From positions 896,001-960,000 of the forward strand of contig CAXXUK010000001.1 of NCBI GenBank assembly GCA_963665125.2: a DNA stretch of 64,000 nt. The letters run 5' to 3'. This DNA is from an uncultured Desulfarculus sp. GTDB taxonomy: Bacteria; Desulfobacterota; Desulfarculia; Desulfarculales; Desulfarculaceae. Below, in pieces: positions 57,011-64,000 of this stretch (its first letter is position 1; every line of letters begins with the position of its first letter). The position numbers and the translations under genes are program-made. The notes under the pieces are model-generated. The model did not search any database and was not told the origin of the DNA. It saw only the letters and a program-made list of their open reading frames with translations.

Positions 57011-58060
57011 TCAGGCGGCGCCGATGTCGGCAAAGGTGGACATCTCCGAATACATGGCCACGGCCGAGCGGATCAGGCCCAGGGCCACGGCTGCCCCGGT
57101 TCCCTCGCCCAGACGCATGTCCAGTTCCAGCATGGGCCGAAGATTCAGTTTTTGCACCTGGGCCCGGTGGCCGATTTCAACCGAGCTGTGGGCGCTGAAA
57201 CAGTAGTCCATGGCCGACGGGCACATGCCATCGGCGATCAGGGCGGCGGTGGTGCAGATAAAGCCGTCCAGGAGCACCGGAACGCCTTGGGCCGCGCCTT
57301 CCAGGATATAGCCGCACATGGCCGCGATCTCCAGGCCACCGACTTTCTGCAGGACCTCAAAGGGCTTGGCGGCGTCGGGCCGGTTGATTTCCAGGGCTGC
57401 TCGGATGGCCGCGGACTTGCGGGCCAGACCGTCATCGTCGATGCCGGTGCCTCTGCCGATCACCTTTTCCGGGTCAACCCCGCACATCACGGCGGTGATT
57501 GCCGAGCAGGGCGTCGTGTTTCCGATGCCCATTTCGCCGGGGATCAGCAAGTCGTATCCCTTGGCCACCAGGTCTGCCGCCACCTGGGAGCCGGCCTCGA
57601 TGGCGGCCAGGGTTTGTTCCCGGGTCATGGCCGGGCCCTTGCTGAGATCAGCTGTGCCATGGGCCACTTTTTTGATGATCAGGCCGTCCGCGTCTTCTAT
57701 GTCAGAGGCCACGCCAACGTCGACGACCCACACATCGGCCCCGGCCTGGCGGCAGAGAACATTGATGGCCGCGCCGCCGGAGAGGAAGTTGTAGACCATC
57801 AGCTTGGTCAGGTCCTGGGGAAAGGCGCTGACGCCGCCCGCGGCCACTCCGTGGTCACCGGCAAAGACCGATGAGGCCGCCTTGGGCTGGGCCAGTTTTT
57901 CGGCGCTGCCCCGGATGATGCAAAGCCGCTTGGCGAATTCCTCCAGGCGGCCCAATGAACCTTGGGGTTTGGTGAGGTTGTCCAGGTGGGCCTGGGCGGC
58001 TTCTGCTACACCGAAATCAGGTTTTTTGATGCGTGCGACGATGCTTTCGAGTTTATTCAA
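57011..58060 (-). CDS. cobT: Nicotinate-nucleotide--dimethylbenzimidazole phosphoribosyltransferase (TTG start)
   Basis: LTKPQGSLGRLE, GDHGV, GEMGIGNTT, GGLEIAA, LDGFI, RLGEGTGA. Confidence 0.95.
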   Translation of the reverse strand: MNKLESIVARIKKPDFGVAEAAQAHLDNLTKPQGSLGRLEEFAKRLCIIRGSAEKLAQPKAASSVFAGDHGVAAGGVSAFPQDLTKLMVYNFLSGGAAINVLCRQAGADVWVVDVGVASDIEDADGLIIKKVAHGTADLSKGPAMTREQTLAAIEAGSQVAADLVAKGYDLLIPGEMGIGNTTPCSAITAVMCGVDPEKVIGRGTGIDDDGLARKSAAIRAALEINRPDAAKPFEVLQKVGGLEIAAMCGYILEGAAQGVPVLLDGFICTTAALIADGMCPSAMDYCFSAHSSVEIGHRAQVQKLNLRPMLELDMRLGEGTGAAVALGLIRSAVAMYSEMSTFADIGAA

Positions 58061-58071
58061 AATTTGGTCTC

Positions 58072-58608
58072 CTAAAGCGCTGGGGCAGAGCCCTTTAGTG
58101 CAAGCGGCAGCCCTGCGGCCACCATGATTACGTTGTCGCATGCCTGGGCCAGTCTTTGGTGCAGTGAACCGGTGAGGTCGCGGAAGCGCCGGGCCATGGG
58201 GTTTTCCGGAACGATGCCCAGGCCGACTTCGTTGCTGACCAGCAGGGCCCGCCCCTTGAGCAGCGGCAGCAAACGGCACAACTCCTCGAAACGCAGGCCG
58301 ATTTGGTCATCGTCGGCATCGGACACCATCAGGTTGGTGACCCACAAGGTCAGACAGTCCACCAGCACCAGGCCGCCGGGCCTGTCCGTTTCCCCCAGGG
58401 TGTCTTCCAGGGCCAGGGGCTCTTCGATGGTCGTCCACTGGGGGCCGCGCCGGGCCTTGTGCCGGGCAATGCGGCGGCGCATTTCCTCATCCCAGGCCTG
58501 GGACGTGGCAATGTAAAACGGCCGTTCACAGGCCGCCAGGGCCATGCGTTCGGCATAGGCGCTTTTGCCGCTGGCCGCGCCGCCCAATATGAGTGTGTGT
58601 TCAGGCAT
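58072..58608 (-). CDS. cobU: Bifunctional adenosylcobinamide kinase/guanylyltransferase
   Basis: GGAASGKS, RIARHKARR, DCLTLW, SNEVGLGIVP, RRFRD, AAGLP. Confidence 0.95.
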   Translation of the reverse strand: MPEHTLILGGAASGKSAYAERMALAACERPFYIATSQAWDEEMRRRIARHKARRGPQWTTIEEPLALEDTLGETDRPGGLVLVDCLTLWVTNLMVSDADDDQIGLRFEELCRLLPLLKGRALLVSNEVGLGIVPENPMARRFRDLTGSLHQRLAQACDNVIMVAAGLPLALKGSAPAL

Positions 58609-58674
58609 GCACCCTTCATAACGCAAAACCCGGTCGCCCGCAACGACAGCTTGAAGGTGCGGACTTGGAGAATA

Positions 58675-59058
58675 ATGTTTAACATTACGAAAAAGGAGTT
58701 CGCGTTGCTCACTTGGGATGAACTGAAAAGGGAAAAACAAATCCTGGACCTCATCGACTGGGACATTACTCCGGCCCAGGCCTTTGAGTCCTACCAGATC
58801 AAGTCCACAGGCTCGTGGCGCAACCGCGGCCTGGAGGACGTGTATTATTTTTACCTGTCCGTTTGGCAGGGGCGGGGCAGGGTGGTGCTGGTCCGGCGCA
58901 CATTTGTCCACAGCGAGGAGATCGCCGAGGCTCCGGCGCCCAATGGATTGGTAGACGCGGCAATGGCCGAAATGGACGGCCGGGATTATCCCCGGGGCCA
59001 ATTGCCCCTGAACGATGAACTGCGGCAATGGCTGATCGCCGAGCTATGCGGCGGCTAA
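58675..59058 (+). CDS. DVU0772-like conserved Desulfobacterota protein
   Basis: IDWDITPAQAF, YFYLSVW, LVRR, LNDELRQWL pattern; GGAG RBS. Confidence 0.65.
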   Translation: MFNITKKEFALLTWDELKREKQILDLIDWDITPAQAFESYQIKSTGSWRNRGLEDVYYFYLSVWQGRGRVVLVRRTFVHSEEIAEAPAPNGLVDAAMAEMDGRDYPRGQLPLNDELRQWLIAELCGG

Positions 59059-59217
59059 CCGGTTTGGGCCTGTATTTTTGTGGTTTTCTGTCATATACTT
59101 CGTGGAAATGAAGAAGCGCTTTATGTATTCGCAGGTTTTCGGCAACGCAGAGAATCTGCAAGTAAAACTATAGACTAAACAATGTGTAATGCTTCTTAAT
59201 GGCGGTGGAGTGGATCC

Positions 59218-59772
59218 ATGTCCATCAACTCGAAACCAACACACAAGGAAAACCAGGCCATTCAATTTTCATTTGTCGAGCCGGAAGCCTTCTCGAGCAC
59301 CGTCGGCATTATCAAACGCATAACATTTAAAGACGCACGTTTTTATTACTGCCAAGTCCATCACGAAAATTTTGTATATGAGCGCCCGGTCGGCAAGGGA
59401 AGCCTTGATGATCTGAGTTTGTTCGTAAAGTCGGCCATGTCCGACAAGGATAGAAAGGCCGAAGCCAAGGTGCTCCTGGATTTGCGGTGGGCCACGATTG
59501 ATGTGAATTTCAGTAAAATGTTTGAGTTCGCACGAAATTTGGAATCAATGGGCCTTCATCTGGGGGTGAAGACCAGTGTTCTGGTCCTGTTGGTCAACAG
59601 GGAGCAGAGCTATGGAAAAACCCGCATGTACGAATCCATCGGCGACAAGAGCCACCAGACGGTGTATCCGGTCAGGGAGGTTGACTCGGCCGTCCAAATT
59701 CTCGAGGTGCCGCCCGAACTGTTGCGCGCGGTCATGGACGAGGTGGACAGGCTGGAGCCAACCGAGAGTTGA
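59218..59772 (+). CDS. Hypothetical protein, SpoIIAA/STAS-like pattern; start uncertain
   Basis: LLDLR...VLLV..EQSYGKTRMY...VDSAVQIL. Confidence 0.5.
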   Translation: MSINSKPTHKENQAIQFSFVEPEAFSSTVGIIKRITFKDARFYYCQVHHENFVYERPVGKGSLDDLSLFVKSAMSDKDRKAEAKVLLDLRWATIDVNFSKMFEFARNLESMGLHLGVKTSVLVLLVNREQSYGKTRMYESIGDKSHQTVYPVREVDSAVQILEVPPELLRAVMDEVDRLEPTES

Positions 59773-59799
59773 AATAACCAACCTGTCCGCCGGGTGTTC

Positions 59800-61182
59800 C
59801 TAACCCTGGGCCCCTCCAACGACAATGCTGGGTATGCGCAGCGTTGGCTGGGCGTCGGCCACCGGCGCTCCCTGGCCGTCCTTGCCGCAGGTGCCTATGC
59901 CGAAGCCCAGGTCAGAGGCCACCCGGTCTATTTCCATTAGCACCTTGGGCCCGTTGCCGGTGAGGGTGGCCCCGCGCACCGGCGCCCCGATTTTGCCGTT
60001 CTCAATCAGATAGCCTTCGCTGACTTCAAACACGAAATCCCCATTGACTGTGTTGACCTGGCCGCCGCCCATTTTCTTGACCAACAGGCCGTTGGGCGTG
60101 TCGGCGATGATGGCGTCGGGATCATCATTGCCCGGCGCGATGAGGGTGTTGGTCATGCGGGGGATGGGCCGCTGGCGGTAGCTTTCCCGGCGGCCGTTGC
60201 CCGTGGGGTTGGCGTTCATTTTCATGGCCGAGAGCCGGTCATGGATGTAGCTCTTCAATACACCGTTTTCAATGAGCACGTTGCGCCTGGTGGGTTGGCC
60301 TTCGTCGTCAAAACCCATCGATCCCCGCTTGCCGGGAATGGTTCCGTCGTCTATCACCGTGATAAGGTCGGTGGCCACCTGTTGGCCTATGCGGTCCTTG
60401 TAGACGCTCATGCCTTCCAGGACGATGTCGGCTTCCAGTCCGTGGCCGACGGCTTCATGGATCATGGTGCCGCCGGCGCTGCTGTGCAGCACCACGGGCA
60501 TGGAACCTCCCTTGGCCGGCTGGGCCGACAGCATCATGACGGCCTTGCGCGCGGCTTCCCTGGCAACGTCTTCGGGAGACTTTTCATTGAAAAGCTCCAT
60601 GCCGCAGAGGCCGCCCACTGATTCGAAACCGGTCTGCAATATGCCGTTTTCCTCGGCAACGCATTGGATGAACAGAACCACGTAGGTGCGGTCTTCGGCT
60701 GCGTCGGTGCCCAGGGTGTTGGCGATGCGCACCCGTTGCAGGCGGTCGAGATAGGTCACCCGGACCTGGCGGATTCTGGGGTCCACCGCCCTGGCCGCGG
60801 CCTCGGCGGCCCGGACCAAGTCCACCTTCTGGTCGGTGGCTACGCCGGACGGAGGCTTTTCAATGGTGTAGATCAGGCCAGGTTGGACGGCCCCGGGAAC
60901 GACGATTTTCCCCCGGTCGCCGGACGATCCGGCCGAGAGATCCATGGCCAGGGAGTTCAAGGCATCGGCGGTGATGTCATTGGTGTGGGCGTAGGAAGTG
61001 CGCAGGTCATGAATCAGCCGCAGGCCCGCGCCCCGGTCCGAGCCTCCTAAAACCTTCTCAATGCGGCCGTCATCCATTACCACCATAAGGCTTGTGGAGT
61101 GCTCTAAAAAGATATCAGCCATCTGGCCGGCGCGGCTCATGGCGGTTTCAAGAATCGGCGTTACATCGAGTTCGAGGCTCAT
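59800..61182 (-). CDS. tldD: TldD-family metalloprotease
   Basis: HEAVGHGLEAD, DDEG, TGNGRRESY..PIPRMTNT, GGGQV, CGKDGQ. Confidence 0.93.
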   Translation of the reverse strand: MSLELDVTPILETAMSRAGQMADIFLEHSTSLMVVMDDGRIEKVLGGSDRGAGLRLIHDLRTSYAHTNDITADALNSLAMDLSAGSSGDRGKIVVPGAVQPGLIYTIEKPPSGVATDQKVDLVRAAEAAARAVDPRIRQVRVTYLDRLQRVRIANTLGTDAAEDRTYVVLFIQCVAEENGILQTGFESVGGLCGMELFNEKSPEDVAREAARKAVMMLSAQPAKGGSMPVVLHSSAGGTMIHEAVGHGLEADIVLEGMSVYKDRIGQQVATDLITVIDDGTIPGKRGSMGFDDEGQPTRRNVLIENGVLKSYIHDRLSAMKMNANPTGNGRRESYRQRPIPRMTNTLIAPGNDDPDAIIADTPNGLLVKKMGGGQVNTVNGDFVFEVSEGYLIENGKIGAPVRGATLTGNGPKVLMEIDRVASDLGFGIGTCGKDGQGAPVADAQPTLRIPSIVVGGAQG

Positions 61183-61361
61183 GAAATCTATCCTCTTGAT
61201 AGAAATAGAGAAAGCTTGTAAATGCCTTTGCGGTAAAATTATCATAGCCGTTGCGGGGGGTCAATTTGCGTTGTGTCCATGCTGTTTGCGTTGACACGGC
61301 TCCGCAAGCGGTCGTAACATCAACTACGGTTTATATCCAACTGCCGTTTGCGAGGTAGAAT

Positions 61362-61994
61362 TTGCGATTTCTCCAGGCCGTTACAATTATTGCCTTTATT
61401 ATATGCCTACCCCTGGGGGCAGCCGCCCAGGATACAGTCAAACCCAAGGTGGTCAGCGCCCTCGAAGCCTGGGAGATGATGGACCAGGACCAAAAGGACG
61501 TTTTCATTATCGATATAAGGCCCAGATTCGCCTATGCCCTGGCGGGGCACCCTCCCACGGCCTACAATATTCCCTGGCGCTTCGCCACCACCGACTTCCA
61601 GGCCGAAGGCGGCGCCTACGACGGTGGTAAGGCCGCCTATACCGGATATCAGCTTTCATCCGAACCTAATCCCAACTTTGTCAGCGTGGTAAAGAGCCTT
61701 TTCAAGCCTGACGATAAGCTGATCATCATTTCAGAGAGCGGCGACATGGGAACCGAAGCGGCCGACGCCCTGGCCGAGTCCGGTTTCAGCCAGGTCTATA
61801 ACATCAAACATGGTTTTTGGGGCGACCAATTGATCCCCAAGGATGACCAGAAGCTGGCTGAAAAGTATTCGCCGTTCTACGGCCAGCGCGGCCGGTTGAA
61901 CGGCTGGGTCTTTTGGGGCCTGCCGGTCAGCCGCAAGATTGAGCCCCGGCTGGTGTATCCGCCGGATCTGAAAAAGATGCAGTCGCTAAAATAA
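61362..61994 (+). CDS. Exported rhodanese-fold protein lacking the catalytic Cys
   Basis: Signal peptide; IDIRP, GHP, NIPW, NPNFV, IISESGDMG (Ser where CRSG has Cys), VYNIKHGF, GW...GLP. Confidence 0.75.
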   Translation: MRFLQAVTIIAFIICLPLGAAAQDTVKPKVVSALEAWEMMDQDQKDVFIIDIRPRFAYALAGHPPTAYNIPWRFATTDFQAEGGAYDGGKAAYTGYQLSSEPNPNFVSVVKSLFKPDDKLIIISESGDMGTEAADALAESGFSQVYNIKHGFWGDQLIPKDDQKLAEKYSPFYGQRGRLNGWVFWGLPVSRKIEPRLVYPPDLKKMQSLK

Positions 61995-62018
61995 GCATGG
62001 CCCCTTGCCAGAAACACC

Positions 62019-62044
62019 ACCGGCGCTCAATGCGCCGGTTTTTT
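62019..62044 (+). terminator. Intrinsic terminator
   Basis: ACCGGCGC-TCAAT-GCGCCGGT-TTTTT. Confidence 0.75.
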
Positions 62045-62184
62045 ATTGCCCCCGGTGTTGGGGGTGGCGTTTTGGCTTTACCTGATTCTCCGATTGTGCT
62101 ATTTCCTAGTCATGAAACAGCTACGTTATAGCTAATAGGTAGCTTGAGTGATATGGCAGCCTTCCGACGAAAGGAGCGCACAGG

Positions 62185-63621
62185 ATGATCACATTCAGTG
62201 AACGCCAGTTGGCAATTCCCAAAATGATGCGGCCGGTTTATCTGGTAACGGCCGGCCAGTCCAAGTTTGACAGGGCCATGCCCTACAAACGCACAGAAGA
62301 GCTATGTATCGATTCGCTGACAATGGCCGCACAGTTGATAGACAAGACACCGGCCGAGCTGAAGAAATACATCCATTCATGCTATTATGGCCATTTCGCC
62401 GACCACTTTGGTGATCAGCTCCTGGGCGAGGCTGTCATCCACGACCGTCTGGGCCTGGATCCCCTGGGCAATATCGGCGTGAAAACCGGCGGCGCCACCG
62501 GCGGGTCCACCCTGTGGGAAGGCTTCAAGGCCGTGGCCTCGGGCTACAGCGACTGCGTGCTGACCATGGGCTGGGAGCGCATGGACGAGGTGCCCACCGA
62601 CGAGGGCAACAACTACATCTCCTGCGCGGCCGACAAGGACTGGGAGACCCCACTGGGCCATATCTACACCGGCTACTACGCGGTCATGGCTCAGAAATAT
62701 TGGCAGGTTTTCGGCAAGCAGGAGGATTCGTTCCGCCGCACCCTGGCCGAAATCGCCGTTAAACACCACGGCTACGCCAGGCACAACCCGTTTGCCCAGG
62801 CGCCCATGAAAATCACTGTGGAGGACGTGCTCAATTCGCCGGTGGTGGCCTATCCCCTGCGGGCCCTGGACTGCTGCCTGATGAGCGTCGGCGCGGCCTG
62901 CGCCATCCTCTGCGATGAAAAGACGGCCATCGAACTGACCAAGGGCACCAAGAACAAGCCCCTGCGCATCTGGGTGACTGCCGGCAGCCACACCCTGCGC
63001 CCGGCCTGCCGCCGCGACATGGCCATCCCGCTGTTGCCCAATGAAAGCGCCGACCAATATAAAGACCTTGGCGAGCGTTTCCCCGGCGGTGAGCGCTATC
63101 CCGGCTTCACCGGCTTCCTGGCCGCCCGCATCGCGGCCTATTATGCCTACAATATGTGCGGCATCAACGACCCCACCGAGGACTTGGATGTCATCGAACT
63201 GCACGACGCCTTTACTATCAGCGACGTGCAGACGTATGAAGACGTCGGAATCCGTCCCTATGGCGAGGGTCGCAATTATGTGGAAAGCGGCGATTGCTAT
63301 CACATCAACCCGCACACCGGCAAACCCGGCAAGCTGCCCTCCAACCTGTCGGGCGGTCTCATCGGCTGCATGCACGCCGTGGGCGCCACGGGCATCATGC
63401 AAACATTCGAGATCGCGGTGCAGATCTGGAACCGCTGGGCCGAGATACACGGCGACCAGAAACTGTGGGACGAATTCGGCCGCCAAAAGCCCGCCGATTG
63501 GACCGATTTGCAGGTGGCCGGCGCCAAGCGGGCCCTGGCCATCAGCCACGCCGGCGTGGGTTCCCACGTAACCGCCACAATCCTGCAGGATCCCGACCAC
63601 CTGCTCAAGGCCGACGCCTAG
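62185..63621 (+). CDS. SCP2/archaeal-type thiolase-superfamily protein
   Basis: TGGATGG at the nucleophile position, GWERM, NPFAQ, ELHDAFTI, NLSGGLIGCMHAVGATG. Confidence 0.88.
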   Translation: MITFSERQLAIPKMMRPVYLVTAGQSKFDRAMPYKRTEELCIDSLTMAAQLIDKTPAELKKYIHSCYYGHFADHFGDQLLGEAVIHDRLGLDPLGNIGVKTGGATGGSTLWEGFKAVASGYSDCVLTMGWERMDEVPTDEGNNYISCAADKDWETPLGHIYTGYYAVMAQKYWQVFGKQEDSFRRTLAEIAVKHHGYARHNPFAQAPMKITVEDVLNSPVVAYPLRALDCCLMSVGAACAILCDEKTAIELTKGTKNKPLRIWVTAGSHTLRPACRRDMAIPLLPNESADQYKDLGERFPGGERYPGFTGFLAARIAAYYAYNMCGINDPTEDLDVIELHDAFTISDVQTYEDVGIRPYGEGRNYVESGDCYHINPHTGKPGKLPSNLSGGLIGCMHAVGATGIMQTFEIAVQIWNRWAEIHGDQKLWDEFGRQKPADWTDLQVAGAKRALAISHAGVGSHVTATILQDPDHLLKADA

Positions 63622-63639
63622 ACTGGGGAGGAATAAATA

Positions 63640-64000
63640 ATGGCTACTTTTGGTCAAGTAAAAGTCAAAGACGGGCAGTATAAGATCAAGGGCGATTTTC
63701 ACCAGATTCGCCAGAACATGCCCATTCGCAACGAGGATGAGGGCTGGCGTCTGATGGGCGTCACCAACCCTCGTGACATCACCCATATCCACATGTACGG
63801 CGGCGAAGCCATATTCTTCGAAAGCCTGGGCCAGGGCAAGCTGCTGGGCACCCGCTGCGACAACCCGGATTGCGAGTTCCCCGGCACCATCTATCTGCCG
63901 TTCCGCATCCACTGCGCCGATTGCCTTACTCGCAACACGGTCGTCGACTTGACGGATGTCGTTCGCAAGACCGCAAAAATCCACACCTTCATGGTCTGCG
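63640..64000 (+). CDS. DUF35 Zn-ribbon/OB-fold protein (runs off window)
   Basis: Manual translation MATFGQVK...FFESLGQGKLLGTRCDNPDC...YLPFRIHCADC...KIHTF; GGAGG RBS. Confidence 0.85.
   Translation, partial: MATFGQVKVKDGQYKIKGDFHQIRQNMPIRNEDEGWRLMGVTNPRDITHIHMYGGEAIFFESLGQGKLLGTRCDNPDCEFPGTIYLPFRIHCADCLTRNTVVDLTDVVRKTAKIHTFMVC

Noticed and set aside
58609..58674. Cobalamin riboswitch upstream of cobU-cobT-cobS
   Set aside because: The intergenic gap is only about 66 bp and no B12-box motif is visible.

Overview
This is a 64-kb, GC-rich chromosomal window from an anaerobic Desulfobacterota (deltaproteobacterial)-type bacterium; the taxonomy is inferred from gene content and order. Most of it is core genome: glyQS, smc-ftsY, lptCAB-rpoN-hpf-ptsN-rapZ-EIIA-rimI, pgk-tpiA-secG-tRNA-Leu(GAG), fabD plus a four-subunit 2-oxoacid:ferredoxin oxidoreductase, recJ, thyX, cobU-cobT-cobS and tldD. 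One intact IS3/IS407-group element (5549-6752, 4-bp GAAT target duplication) splits a blc lipocalin gene. The most interesting loci are: (1) a FadR-like regulator with a palindromic operator heading an alkyl-DHAP-synthase-like / GlpD-like / FGGY-kinase operon, a candidate anaerobic ether-lipid (alkylglycerol) pathway; (2) a HydC/HndB/HydB-type diaphorase operon with no catalytic subunit, wrapped around a kinase/phosphatase/DRTGG/degenerate-H-cluster signalling module, in which one gene has an in-frame internal start; (3) an intact LexA-type autoprotease with no DNA-binding domain and no umuC partner; (4) a 73-bp tandem structured repeat whose only two differences are compensatory; (5) a sigma54-driven, signal-peptide-less five-bladed beta-propeller; (6) tandem NrdR-like boxes before smc; and (7) a thiolase lacking its nucleophilic Cys, paired with a DUF35 protein. 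All calls come from reading motifs by eye; no database searches were run.
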